Under the pieces are notes generated by a model. It was given only the letters and a program-made list of their open reading frames with translations, was not told where the DNA came from and did not search any database. The translations under genes and the position numbers were made by a program. 64,000 nt of DNA from positions 1 through 64,000 of the forward strand of contig JAYOTF010000014.1 in NCBI GenBank assembly GCA_038150265.1, in the 5' to 3' direction. Shown piece after piece: positions 19,474-29,484 of the stretch. How positions within the stretch are numbered: position 1 is the stretch's first letter; each line of letters starts with the position of its first letter. This DNA comes from Deltaproteobacteria bacterium. Lineage in GTDB: Bacteria; SAR324; NAC60-12.

Positions 19474-20673
19474 ATGCCCACAAATCTCCGGAAGTATACC
19501 CCACAATTTTCTCTGAAGTACGGATGCAACCCGCATCAGACACAAGCGGCGCTGCATACCCTGGGAGGGCTGTCGCTCCCGTTTCGGGTGCTCAATGGTC
19601 AACCGGGGTACATCAACCTGCTCGACGCCCTCAATGCGTGGCAGCTGGTGCAGGAGTTGGACACGGCGCTGGAGTTGCCGGCAGCAGCGTCCTTCAAGCA
19701 CGTCAGTCCAGCAGGAGCCGCGGTGGGAGTGGAGCTGAGCCCAGAGCTGGAGCTGGCCTACGGCACCTCCAATCAGCGCCTCAGCCCACTGGCCCTGGCG
19801 TACGTCCGCGCGCGTGGGGCCGACCCCATGTCTTCGTTTGGGGACTTCATTGCCCTCAGCCGCACCGTTGATGCCGAAACAGCCGAGGTGCTCCGGACCA
19901 CCGTTTCTGACGGCGTGATTGCCCCCGGATACGATGCGGAGGCGCTTCATGTGCTGCAAAAGAAGAAGCAGGGCAACTACCTGGTCCTGCAGGTCGATGA
20001 ACACTACTCGGCCCCTGAGCAGGAATTCCGGGAGGTCTTTGGGGTGGGCTTTGAGCAAACCCGCAACACGCAGCCCCTCAACGCCGACACCCTCCTGCAC
20101 ACCTGCGTCACGGACCGCAAGGAGCTTCCGGAGGCCGCTCAGCGAGACCTCGTGCTCGCGTCCATCACCCTCAAGTACACGCAGTCCAACTCGGTCGGCT
20201 ACGCCCTGGGGGGACAGATGATCGGCATCGGAGCCGGGCAGCAGAGCCGCATCGACTGCACCAAGCTTGCCGGACGCAAGGCCGACCTCTGGTTCCTCCG
20301 GCAGCACCCGAAGGTGCTGGAGTTGCCCTTTGCGGACAGCGTCAAGGGGGTCGCCCGGACCAATGCCCGCATCGCCTACATCGAAGGGGACCTGACGCCC
20401 CCTGAGCAGGCACGCTGGGAACAGCTGTTCCTGCAACCACCGACGCCTCTGCGAGCCCCTGCCAAACGCAAGTGGCTCAGCGAGCAGACGGGAGTCAGCC
20501 TGGCATCAGATGCCTTTTTTCCCTTCCGAGATAACCTGGATCAGGCGTCACGACATGGGGTGTCTTACGTCGTGCAGCCGGGAGGAAGCAATCGAGATGA
20601 GGAAGTCATTGAAGCGGCCAATGAGCATGAGATGGTCATGGCCTTCTCCGGAATCCGCCTCTTCCATCACTGA
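19474..20673 (+). CDS. AICAR transformylase (short PurH-like, no IMP cyclohydrolase domain)
   Basis: Begins at LKYGCNPHQ, with GYINLLDALN, SFKHVSPAG, KYTQSNSV, GAGQQSRI, SDAFFPF and RLFHH. ATG at 19474. Confidence 0.9.
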   Translation: MPTNLRKYTPQFSLKYGCNPHQTQAALHTLGGLSLPFRVLNGQPGYINLLDALNAWQLVQELDTALELPAAASFKHVSPAGAAVGVELSPELELAYGTSNQRLSPLALAYVRARGADPMSSFGDFIALSRTVDAETAEVLRTTVSDGVIAPGYDAEALHVLQKKKQGNYLVLQVDEHYSAPEQEFREVFGVGFEQTRNTQPLNADTLLHTCVTDRKELPEAAQRDLVLASITLKYTQSNSVGYALGGQMIGIGAGQQSRIDCTKLAGRKADLWFLRQHPKVLELPFADSVKGVARTNARIAYIEGDLTPPEQARWEQLFLQPPTPLRAPAKRKWLSEQTGVSLASDAFFPFRDNLDQASRHGVSYVVQPGGSNRDEEVIEAANEHEMVMAFSGIRLFHH

Positions 20674-20708
20674 ACGCAGGCAGTTGCCCACCTGCGTTCC
20701 AGACGAAC

Positions 20709-21761
20709 TCAGAACACGGACTGTCCGGTTGAGTCCGGGCGGGCAATGGCGTCGACCGCCATCTGCATGGTGATGCTGCCCACAACGGCGCCCTTCTTGT
20801 CAAGGACAGGCAGCGGGGTGTGGCCATGCTTGGCCAGCTTCGGCAACGCATCCTCCAGTGAGGTCGACATGGAGATTCCGGACGAGGCTTCCGGCTTGTT
20901 CTCCGTGTCCATGACCGCCTTCACCAGCAGCACCCGCGCCCGGTTGATGTCCCGGACAAAGTCGGTGATGTAGTCATCAGCCGGCTTGAGCACAATCTGC
21001 TGCACCGTCCCCTGCTGAATCACCTCGCCATCTCGCAAGATCGCAATCTGATCGCCCAACCGCAGCGCCTCATCCAGGTCGTGGGTAATGAAGACAATCG
21101 TCTTGTGCAGCTCTTCCTGCAGACTCAGCAAGATGGTCTGCATCTCGGAGCGGATCAGCGGGTCCAGCGCGCTGAAGGCTTCGTCCATCAGCAGGATGTC
21201 GGCGTCGGTGGTCAGCGCCCGTGCCAGGCCGACACGCTGCTGCATGCCTCCGGACAGCTTGGGCGGAAACTGATCCTCGAAGCCGGAAAGTCCCACACGG
21301 TCAATCCAGCGCTCGGCCCGGCGCTTTCCCTCTTCCTTGGAAATGCCCTGAATGTCGAGACCATACATGACATTTTCCAGAATGGTCCGGTGTGGCAGCA
21401 GGGCAAACTTCTGAAAGACCATGGAGGCCCGGTGACGCCGGAAGTCACGGAGCTGCTGCTTGCTCATGGACAGCACCTCTTCGCCTCCCACCGTGATGCT
21501 TCCGGAGGTGGGCTCAATGAGGCGGTTGATGTGTCGGATCAGAGTCGACTTGCCCGACCCCGAAAGGCCCATCACCACCTGGAGGCTGTTGGCCGGCATG
21601 TCCAGGTTGATGTTGTTCAACCCAAGGACGTGGTTGTGCTGATCCAGCAGTTCCTGCTTCCCCATCCCCTCCTTCACCAGAGGCATCACCGACTGAGGGT
21701 CTGCGCCAAAGATCTTGTAGAGGTTCTCAATCTTGATGAGGATTTCCGGAGCATCAGACAT
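20709..21761 (-). CDS. proV: Quaternary-amine (glycine betaine/proline-type) ABC transporter ATPase
   Basis: MGLSGSGKST, LSGGMQQRVGLARAL, LLMDEAFSALDPLIR and a C-terminal CBS-like region. Confidence 0.9.
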   Translation of the reverse strand: MSDAPEILIKIENLYKIFGADPQSVMPLVKEGMGKQELLDQHNHVLGLNNINLDMPANSLQVVMGLSGSGKSTLIRHINRLIEPTSGSITVGGEEVLSMSKQQLRDFRRHRASMVFQKFALLPHRTILENVMYGLDIQGISKEEGKRRAERWIDRVGLSGFEDQFPPKLSGGMQQRVGLARALTTDADILLMDEAFSALDPLIRSEMQTILLSLQEELHKTIVFITHDLDEALRLGDQIAILRDGEVIQQGTVQQIVLKPADDYITDFVRDINRARVLLVKAVMDTENKPEASSGISMSTSLEDALPKLAKHGHTPLPVLDKKGAVVGSITMQMAVDAIARPDSTGQSVF

Positions 21762-22662
21762 TCGGACCTCCTGAGCGGTGACGTTGCAGGCGTCGACCGT
21801 ATTCCTGGGAAACCCGGTCAAAGATGATGGCCAGTGCCACAATGGCGACCCCGTTGAACAGGCCCAGCGCCAGGTACTGATTCGAAATGGCCTTCAGCAC
21901 CGGCTGTCCGAGTCCCCGCACCCCAATCATGGAGGCGATCACAACCATGGCCAGCGACATCATGATCGTCTGGTTGATGCCGGCAAAGATGTTGGGCAAC
22001 GCCAGCGGAATCTGGACGCCCGTCAGGCGCTGCCAGGCACTTGCCCCAAAGGCGTCAGCCGCCTCCAGCACCTGCTTGTCCACCAACCGGATGCCCAGGT
22101 TTGTCAGGCGGACGATGGGGGGAATGGCATAAATCACCACGGCCAGCATGCCCGGAACCTTGCCAATGCCCAACAGCATCACCACCGGAATGAGGTAGAC
22201 GAAGCTGGGAATCGTCTGCATCACGTCCAGAATCGGTGTGATGATCATCTGGGTCCGGTTCGAGCGCGCCATCAGCACGCCCAGGGGCATGCCCACGACA
22301 ATGCAGATGAGGGTGCACACCGTAATCATGCTCACGGTGCTCATGGTGTCTTCCCACATGTCCAGGTACCCGATCATCAGCAGAGCCAGAACGGTTCCGA
22401 TCGTGATGCGGACACTCCGGCTTCCCAACCAGGCCAACCCGGCCGCCACCAACAGGATCAGGGGCCACGGTGCATGAGTGAGGAGGTTTTCCAGCCAGAT
22501 GAGGAACTGAAGGAGGGGGTCAAAGAAGTTCTCGAGGGCTTCCCCGTATTGCCGGGAAAAACTCCGAAAGCCCTCGTCAACCACTTTTTTTAGAGCCAGG
22601 AGGTCTCGGCGTCCCATGGTGGGAAAGCTGAGTAAGAAGTCAGAGTCCAAAGCATTCTCCAT
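21754..22662 (-). CDS. proW: Quaternary-amine ABC transporter permease
   Basis: PILDVMQTIPSFVYLIP, EAADAFGA (EAA loop) and GINQTIMMSLAMVVIASMIG. Confidence 0.9.
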   Translation of the reverse strand: MENALDSDFLLSFPTMGRRDLLALKKVVDEGFRSFSRQYGEALENFFDPLLQFLIWLENLLTHAPWPLILLVAAGLAWLGSRSVRITIGTVLALLMIGYLDMWEDTMSTVSMITVCTLICIVVGMPLGVLMARSNRTQMIITPILDVMQTIPSFVYLIPVVMLLGIGKVPGMLAVVIYAIPPIVRLTNLGIRLVDKQVLEAADAFGASAWQRLTGVQIPLALPNIFAGINQTIMMSLAMVVIASMIGVRGLGQPVLKAISNQYLALGLFNGVAIVALAIIFDRVSQEYGRRLQRHRSGGPNV

Positions 22663-22691
22663 GAAGGTTCACCTCCGAAACGGAGGCAAAG

Positions 22692-22711
22692 GGAGAGCCC
22701 GGAGGCTCTCC
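22692..22711 (-). other. Intergenic hairpin between the binding-protein and permease genes
   Basis: GGAGAGCC-cgga-GGCTCTCC 8-bp stem. Such hairpins commonly stabilise the upstream binding-protein message. Confidence 0.45.
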
Positions 22712-22738
22712 GGTTTACCAACTCTTACGAAGAATGGA

Positions 22739-23779
22739 TCAGAGCGCTCGCTTCACCTTTGCGGCTGCGTCCGCCGACATCCAGGAAGTCCACATGGACT
22801 CCTGAGTGGCCAGGAATTCATAGGCCGCATCTTCACCAGTCGCCTGGTTGGCATCCATCCACTTCAGCATGTTGCCCAGGGCTTCCAGCGGAATCTTGCG
22901 TGCTTCCACGTAGCTCATGGCATCCGAGCCACTTTCCTTGAAGTTCTTGGTGACCACGGTGTTCACCTCAGACTTCGTCCAGGAAGAAGGCTTCGGATCA
23001 AGGCACTCTTCTTCGCTCAGCGCAATGCAGTTGTTCCAGTTGTCAGCGTCATACGGAGCATTGAAGTCCACCGGCACCATCGGGTACTTTCCCAGCACCA
23101 CCGTCGGGGCCCAGTAGTAGCCGAGCCACGGCTCCTTGCGCTCATAAGCCTTGGCAATGGAACCATCCAGACCTGCGCCGGAACCCGTGTCCACCAGGCG
23201 CCAGCCCTTCTCTTCCATGTCAAAGGCCCGGAAGAGGTTGTTGGTGGCCAACTGGCAGCCCCAGCCAGACGGGCAGGTGTAGAGAGCGCCCTTGCTCGGG
23301 TCTTCCGGATGCGGGAACAGGTCCGGACGCTTCAGGATGTCCTGCAGGGTCTTCAGCTCCGGATGCGCCTCGGCAAAGTACTTCGGAATCCACCAGCCTT
23401 CACCAGCGCCCACGATCGGAGTCGGGTTCACCACAAACAGGCGCCCCTCACCCTCTGCCTTCTTCAGCGGGTTGCGGACCGCGTTGGCCCACAGCTCCGG
23501 AGCAATGTCCGGCTCCCCCTTCTCGTCCATCGACGCAAAAGACGTCATGGTTGCACCGGCAATCAGCTCCACGTCGCAGCCATAGCCTTCCTCCAGAATG
23601 ATCTTGTCGAGGTTCGCCATGAACTCAGCCGACGCCCAGTTCATCTCGGCAATCGTGACCTTGCCACAGGCGGCAAAAGCCGATGGCGCCAACAGCAGCA
23701 CCAACGCCAGGACTGTTGGAAAAATCAGCCTTTGTTTAAGTCGATTCACAAGACTCGGGGTGTTCGGAAAATCCGTCAT
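22739..23779 (-). CDS. proX: Quaternary-amine ABC transporter substrate-binding protein (ProX/OpuAC family)
   Basis: Signal peptide (AFA-A), MNWASA, PELW, EGWWIP, CPSGWGC and YYWAPT aromatic-cage-like residues. Confidence 0.85.
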   Translation of the reverse strand: MTDFPNTPSLVNRLKQRLIFPTVLALVLLLAPSAFAACGKVTIAEMNWASAEFMANLDKIILEEGYGCDVELIAGATMTSFASMDEKGEPDIAPELWANAVRNPLKKAEGEGRLFVVNPTPIVGAGEGWWIPKYFAEAHPELKTLQDILKRPDLFPHPEDPSKGALYTCPSGWGCQLATNNLFRAFDMEEKGWRLVDTGSGAGLDGSIAKAYERKEPWLGYYWAPTVVLGKYPMVPVDFNAPYDADNWNNCIALSEEECLDPKPSSWTKSEVNTVVTKNFKESGSDAMSYVEARKIPLEALGNMLKWMDANQATGEDAAYEFLATQESMWTSWMSADAAAKVKRAL

Positions 23780-24297
23780 TTCAATCCTTTAATGAAGTTA
23801 TTGATTTGACCCCACTCGGCGGTGGCGTCGGGGGACCAGATGCGAAGAACGAGGCATAGCGGGAGGGTCCCCTCTTTTCAAGGCCTTGGGCCTAAAGACC
23901 GTCCTTTGTACTCGGGCAAAAATCAGGAGGTTTCGGGTGTGATTGCGAGCATGGTCAACTCACCGTACATCCGCCTCCTTTTCGACACAAGCACGTGCCC
24001 CTGAGGGGCGTGCGGACGTGGGTTCTATGCCCTAAAGGCTTACTAAGTTACAGAGCCCCTTGCCTTTTGTCAAATTCGTCACCGATAACACTGGTCTGCA
24101 AATTCCTGATTTTGGTCATTTATCCTCAAAAACCCCTATTACTTCGGTAAGATAGACCCCTTCGGCGCTGCTTGTTCTTCGTGAGAAATTTCTTTAGACT
24201 GCAAACCTTTTGAACCACCTGCGGCTCAGGGGGAGGTCGTTTTTGAGCGGACTTCCTCCCGGGGTCGCCTCTGTGAACGTCCCTCCCAAGGAGCCCC

Positions 24298-24954
24298 GTG
24301 CGTGTGACCCTGAAAGCGGCCGCCACCCTCGATGGCAAGATTGCGACTGCGTCCGGAGAGTCGCAGTGGATCACGGGTCCGGAAGCCCGCCAATGGGGGC
24401 ACCGTTTGCGAGCCGAACATGAGGCCATTCTGGTGGGCATCGGGACGGTGCTGGCCGATGACCCGGCGCTGACCACTCGCGGCGTTCCGGAGGGGCCCTC
24501 CCCCGCCCGCGTGGTCCTCGACTCCCAGGGGCGGCTCCCGGCTCACGCCCGGGTCCTGGCTCCGGATTCGGTGCCCGTGTGGGTCTTCACCGGAGCCCAT
24601 GCTCCCCCGACGCCTCCGGTTTCCCGCTCCCCCCTCCACTGGCGCCCGGCTTCCACCTTCCGTCCGGAAATCCCCTGGGTCCTCGAGCAGCTCGAACAGG
24701 GCGGAATTCAGAGCCTGCTGGTGGAGGGAGGCGCTCAGGTTCATGCTGCTTTTCTGAAAGCTGAGATTTCCCATGAATTAAAACTTTTCCTTGCACCGAA
24801 GGTGATTGGGGGACAAAATGCTCTCACTTGGTGTGCGGACTGGGGGGCTCAGGGCCTCGCAGACACCGAACGCTGGAAAATCCAGCGGGTTCAGATGCTT
24901 GGAAAGGACCTCCTGATCGAGGCTGAATATTTAAACTCTCAAATAAGTCAGTAG
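24298..24954 (+). CDS. RibD C-terminal reductase domain only (5-amino-6-(5-phosphoribosylamino)uracil reductase)
   Basis: VTLKAAATLDGKIAT.SGESQWITG, AILVGIGTVLADDP.LT.R and LLVEGG. No deaminase HAE/PCxxC domain. Confidence 0.85.
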   Translation: MRVTLKAAATLDGKIATASGESQWITGPEARQWGHRLRAEHEAILVGIGTVLADDPALTTRGVPEGPSPARVVLDSQGRLPAHARVLAPDSVPVWVFTGAHAPPTPPVSRSPLHWRPASTFRPEIPWVLEQLEQGGIQSLLVEGGAQVHAAFLKAEISHELKLFLAPKVIGGQNALTWCADWGAQGLADTERWKIQRVQMLGKDLLIEAEYLNSQISQ

Positions 24955-25117
24955 GATTGCGGACTGTACGGTAGCGGATCATTTTGATTAACTGTTGAGG
25001 TTTGGCGCAGCGAAAGGCTCACCAGGCGGATTTCTTCCCATGGGTCCTCAAGCAGTCCTCCACCTTTCTCGGCAAGACGTTTTTCTGAAAAATAAAATCC
25101 GCTCCCGATCAACCTCT

Positions 25118-27766
25118 GTGTCTCGTTTTTTGGTGCCGTTCCGTCTCTCCATTCAACAGCAACTCTTCCTCCTGGTCGTTGTCGTCAGTGGCGTGTTGTG
25201 CCTGGCCATTGGTGGGTTGGTGCACCTGCGAACGGTCCAGTACCTGGAAGCCGCTCAGCTGGAAGACATGGTTCGGCTCCGGGCACTGGTCGCCCAGGAC
25301 ATCAACCGCTTCTTTGAGCAGCATCACCACCCCAACTACCAGGTGAGGCTCCCGGAAGCCCTGGGAGCCCCCGCCCAGCGCTCCTCTTCGGCCAACCGGC
25401 TCCTGCTTCCAGAACAAGGCTCGTTTGATTCCCCCTTGAAGCGCTGGGAAGCCTTCAACGAGTTGGAGACCACCTGGCTCCTCAGTCAGCCCGAAGTCAA
25501 CCACGCCCTGCAGCTCGCCCGTCAAGGGGAAAGCCTGCTCATCCAGACCCGAGTTCCCTCGCACCCCATCAGCTTCTACCTGCATGTGTTCCGAGACGTC
25601 GGACGCCAGGATAACCAACTGGGGCTGTACGCGTTCTACCCCTCCGACCTCACCCGGCTTCTGCAGGAGCACCTCAACTTTGAGCGGCACGACAGCGGGT
25701 TGGTCTTCTGGCTCCGAGATGCCGCCGGGGTCCCGCTCGCCTATGCCGCAGACCCCGGCGAGTTTGATGAGTCCCCTCCGACTCCCCGGACCCTGCGCTC
25801 GTCCAACCAGTTGATGGGAGAAACCTCGATTCCGGTGCCCGGAGGCACCTGGACGCTGACCACCATCCGGGGGCGCTCCGAAATTCAGGAGCAGGCGTGG
25901 GAAATGGTGACGCCCCTCTGGGGACTGCTGGCGTTTGTCTTCGTGATCTTTGCCTCCGGAGGCTTTCTGGTCTCCCGGAAGATCGGGGTCAGCGTCAAGC
26001 AGGTGGTGGAGCAGGCAGAGCGCCTGTCTGCCGGCCGCTACCTCACTCCGGAAGAGACCCCGCTGACCCGCCAAAACGAGCTGGACGCCATCTGCCAGGC
26101 CCTGCTGCAGATCTCTGATGGCTTGCGCGGCATGGAGCAGGAAGCCACCCGGTTCATTGAAGGAGAGGCCACCCGGATTGTGCAGCCGCGCTCCAACGAA
26201 GACAGCATGGCCTCCACCTTCAACCGCATGATTGAAGCGGTGCACCAGCGGGAAGGACGCCTCAAGGAACAAGGTGAGCTGAATGAGACCATCCTCAACT
26301 CCCTCACCGAGGCGATCTTCATTGTCCAGCCAGACGGACAGATCATCCGGACCAATCCCGTTGCCGCTTCCTGGCTAGAGGGAAACCCGGCGGAGACGGC
26401 CAACCTGATGCACCTCTTTGCCGATGAGCAGCAGCTGCATGAGCAGGTTCTCAAGCAACTGCAGCATCATCTGGAGCTGCAACAGGAGACTCCGGACTTG
26501 TTGCAGCAGACGCTTGAGGCCATCCCGCTCCCGGTCATTGGCATCCGCCCAGACAGCTCGATTGCCCTGGTCAACGATCGGTTTCTTGCAGCAACCGGTT
26601 ACGAGACCTCCCTGCTCAACCAAGCCTTCGGCACCCTCCTGCCTTCCGAGTTTCAGGACAAGCATGAGGAGTACGTCGATCACTTCTTTGACGCCTCCTC
26701 CCTTCGGTCGATGGGGCAGGGCGTCCGTTTCCCGCTGATGACGGCAAAGGGGGGCAAGCGCTACTTTGAGGTGGCTTTGATTCCACTCCATGGAGAAAAT
26801 CCGCTGGCGCTGGCGTTCCTGGCCGACCCGGCGACTCAGGAGCGTTGGGAGATCTTCCGACTCGTGTACTTCTCCAGCCTCTTTGACAGCACCGAAAACC
26901 AACGCGTCCAGCAGCTCAAGAAGATGAGTGGCGAGGAGATTCCGGTGCTCGTCTCCACTGCGGTGCTCCACGACCGTGCCGGCATGCTCAACGGCGCCGT
27001 TGTTGCCATGCGTGACCTCACCAGCTTCCAGCGTGTGCAGCGTCAGCTGCAGCAGTCTGCCAAGCTCGCCTCGCTTGGAGAGATGGCCACCGGGGTGGCA
27101 CACGAGATCAACCAGCCCCTGACCTTCATCAACGGGGTGCTCTTTGACCTCGTTGAGGACCTGAACGACGGAGTGCCCCTTGAGCCCCAACAGACCCTGC
27201 AGGACCTCAAGGAGAGCCAGCGTCAGGTCCAGCGCATCACCAAGATCATCCAGCACATGCGCCTGTTCGGACGCCAGCACTCGGATGCTCGTCAGCCGGT
27301 GAGGCTTCGAGAAATCATCAATAACGTCATGCTGTTGCTCGGCAAGAGCCTGCGAAATGCCAACCTTGAAGTGGACCTGACCTATCCGGAGGATGAGGAG
27401 CTGCTGTTCCAGGCCAACCCCATCCAGCTCGAACAGGTCTTCATCAACCTGCTCCAGAACATCATTGATGCCATGGAAGAGCTGGTCCTCCCCCGGGAGC
27501 GACGGTGGGTCCACATCCAGCTCAAGCGCCAACGGGGCAACGGCCTCGTGCTGCTTGAAGACAACGGCCCCGGCATTCCAGAGGAAGTCGTGGAACGCAT
27601 CTTCGACCCCTTCTTCACCACCAAAGGTCCCAACAAGGGCACCGGCCTGGGCCTGTCCATCTCCCTCGGCATCATTGAAGCACACGGAGGACGCCTCCAG
27701 TGCCGGACTCAGGTTGGCAAGGGAACCACGTTTGAGATCACCCTGCCGCTCTCCCAGGAAGCATGA
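25118..27766 (+). CDS. Membrane sensor histidine kinase (periplasmic domain, HAMP-like, PAS domains, NtrB-type kinase)
   Basis: Two TM segments, PAS signatures, [10 protein letters not shown]-box, [15 protein letters not shown] and PFFTTK..GTGLGL. Start uncertain (GTG 25118; ORF open from 24995). Confidence 0.9.
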   Translation: MSRFLVPFRLSIQQQLFLLVVVVSGVLCLAIGGLVHLRTVQYLEAAQLEDMVRLRALVAQDINRFFEQHHHPNYQVRLPEALGAPAQRSSSANRLLLPEQGSFDSPLKRWEAFNELETTWLLSQPEVNHALQLARQGESLLIQTRVPSHPISFYLHVFRDVGRQDNQLGLYAFYPSDLTRLLQEHLNFERHDSGLVFWLRDAAGVPLAYAADPGEFDESPPTPRTLRSSNQLMGETSIPVPGGTWTLTTIRGRSEIQEQAWEMVTPLWGLLAFVFVIFASGGFLVSRKIGVSVKQVVEQAERLSAGRYLTPEETPLTRQNELDAICQALLQISDGLRGMEQEATRFIEGEATRIVQPRSNEDSMASTFNRMIEAVHQREGRLKEQGELNETILNSLTEAIFIVQPDGQIIRTNPVAASWLEGNPAETANLMHLFADEQQLHEQVLKQLQHHLELQQETPDLLQQTLEAIPLPVIGIRPDSSIALVNDRFLAATGYETSLLNQAFGTLLPSEFQDKHEEYVDHFFDASSLRSMGQGVRFPLMTAKGGKRYFEVALIPLHGENPLALAFLADPATQERWEIFRLVYFSSLFDSTENQRVQQLKKMSGEEIPVLVSTAVLHDRAGMLNGAVVAMRDLTSFQRVQRQLQQSAKLASLGEMATGVAHEINQPLTFINGVLFDLVEDLNDGVPLEPQQTLQDLKESQRQVQRITKIIQHMRLFGRQHSDARQPVRLREIINNVMLLLGKSLRNANLEVDLTYPEDEELLFQANPIQLEQVFINLLQNIIDAMEELVLPRERRWVHIQLKRQRGNGLVLLEDNGPGIPEEVVERIFDPFFTTKGPNKGTGLGLSISLGIIEAHGGRLQCRTQVGKGTTFEITLPLSQEA

Positions 27767-29484
27767 GCCCACTCCGAAAAATCCTGGTTGTGGATGATGA
27801 ACCCCTGGTCCGCCGGACCATTGAGCGGTCGCTCCGGACCCTGGAGGTGGACCTGCACACGGCCGAAAATGGCGCAGAGGGGCTGCAGCAGATTGAGGCC
27901 CTGCACCCCGACGTGGTGGTGCTGGACCTGCGCATGCCGGTTCTGGATGGCCTGGGGGTGCTGCAGCAGCTGGACCTGCGTCCCGATGCCCCTCCAGACG
28001 TCATTGTCCTCACCGGGCATGGAGACGACGACGAGCTACGCGCCTGTTACGCTCAAGGCGCCCGAGCGTTTCTGAAGAAGCCCTTCAATCCCATTGAAAT
28101 GCGAGCCCTGGTGCAGCAAAGCCTCACCATCCGAGAAGCCCAGCAGGCCCTTCAGGAAGTCAACCAGCAACTGGAGCAGCGCGTCCGGGAACGCACCCAG
28201 GACCTGAATCAGCTCAATGAAGCCTTCCGGCGCTTTGTTCCCCGGCAGTACCTCGAGCGGGCGGAGTCGGCGCAGATGGAGGCCTTCCGTCCGGGGCACT
28301 TTCATGTGGAACCGATGACGGTGCTGTTTCTGGACCTCCGGGACTTCACCAACCTCACAGAGCCCCTGACGCCTCTGGAGACCCTGGAATTCCTCAACCG
28401 CTTCTTTGGCCTGATTGTTCCTGTCATTGAAGCGCACGATGGCTTTGTTGACAAATTCATGGGCGATGGCCTGATGGCCCTCTTCGACCGCAGTGAAGGC
28501 GCCCGGCACGCCGTACAGGCGGCGCTGGAGATGCAGGAGGTCCTTCAGGTCCACAATGCCGAACGCGAGCGGCTGCAGCAGCGCCCGTTGCGCTTTGGGG
28601 TCGGCATCCACACTGGCCTGGTCGTGGTGGGGACCATCGGCTCCGACTCCCGCCTCGATTCCACGGCCATTGGCGACACCATCAACTCCGCCTCCCGTCT
28701 GGAGCAACTGACCAAGCAGTACGGCAGCTGGTTGCTGATCACGGAGACCACGCTCAAGGACCTGGCCACCAGCGAGTTTCAGACCCGGATGATCGACCGC
28801 ATCCGCTTTCGGGGCAAGCGCAACCCGCTGCGCATCTATGAGGTCTTTGACCACCTGCCCCTCTCGGCCCAGACCCTCCGGCAGGAACAGGCGCCCCTGT
28901 TTGCCAAGGGGATGGCGCTTTACCAGCAGGGCGCCTTTGAAGAGGCGCTGGACGCCTTTGAGCAGTGCCTCAAGGTGGACCCCGGAGACAGCATCGTCGT
29001 CGAGTACCTCCGGCGCTGCCACACCTTCCTCAAGTACCCCCCCGAGCACTGGGAAGGCATCATGGATGCCAGTGACGAGCTGCTGCAGCGGGCGCGTCGT
29101 CGCACCGCGCCTCGGCTTCCCTTCAGCAGCCCCGCGTGGGTGCAGCGGAATCCGGAACACATCATTCCCGCCCAAACCCTCGACCTCTCTCGCTACGGAT
29201 TGCGACTTGCGCTGGAAGAGGCCGCGGGCATTGGAGAAATCCTCATGGTCCGGATCGACCCCCAGCACCTGCAGCTGGAAATCGGCCTCGACCGTCCCTT
29301 TGAAATGCTCTCCCAGGTGGCGTGGAGTCGGGAAGCCCCGCAGGAAGAGCCCCTCCTGCCCTGGCAAGTGGGAGTCGAGTTTGTGACCCTGGATCCGGAA
29401 GAGGAAATCTGGCTCAACCGCATCCTCATCAACCTGTCGGAACAGGTCCCCAGTTCCTCTCCTCCCGAGGTGTCCCATGCCTAA
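27763..29484 (+). CDS. Response regulator: REC - class III adenylate cyclase - TPR - PilZ
   Basis: REC (LDLRMP), cyclase (FLDLRDFT, VDKFMGDG, STAIGDTINSASR), TPR (GMALYQQGAFEEA) and PilZ (RTAPR, DLSRYG). ATGA overlap with the upstream kinase. Confidence 0.88.
   Translation: MSPLRKILVVDDEPLVRRTIERSLRTLEVDLHTAENGAEGLQQIEALHPDVVVLDLRMPVLDGLGVLQQLDLRPDAPPDVIVLTGHGDDDELRACYAQGARAFLKKPFNPIEMRALVQQSLTIREAQQALQEVNQQLEQRVRERTQDLNQLNEAFRRFVPRQYLERAESAQMEAFRPGHFHVEPMTVLFLDLRDFTNLTEPLTPLETLEFLNRFFGLIVPVIEAHDGFVDKFMGDGLMALFDRSEGARHAVQAALEMQEVLQVHNAERERLQQRPLRFGVGIHTGLVVVGTIGSDSRLDSTAIGDTINSASRLEQLTKQYGSWLLITETTLKDLATSEFQTRMIDRIRFRGKRNPLRIYEVFDHLPLSAQTLRQEQAPLFAKGMALYQQGAFEEALDAFEQCLKVDPGDSIVVEYLRRCHTFLKYPPEHWEGIMDASDELLQRARRRTAPRLPFSSPAWVQRNPEHIIPAQTLDLSRYGLRLALEEAAGIGEILMVRIDPQHLQLEIGLDRPFEMLSQVAWSREAPQEEPLLPWQVGVEFVTLDPEEEIWLNRILINLSEQVPSSSPPEVSHA

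Noticed and set aside
23780..24297. Possible riboswitch or sRNA between proX and the ribD-like gene (FMN riboswitch considered)
   Set aside because: I found no recognisable FMN or other riboswitch consensus by eye. An Rfam/Infernal scan would be needed.
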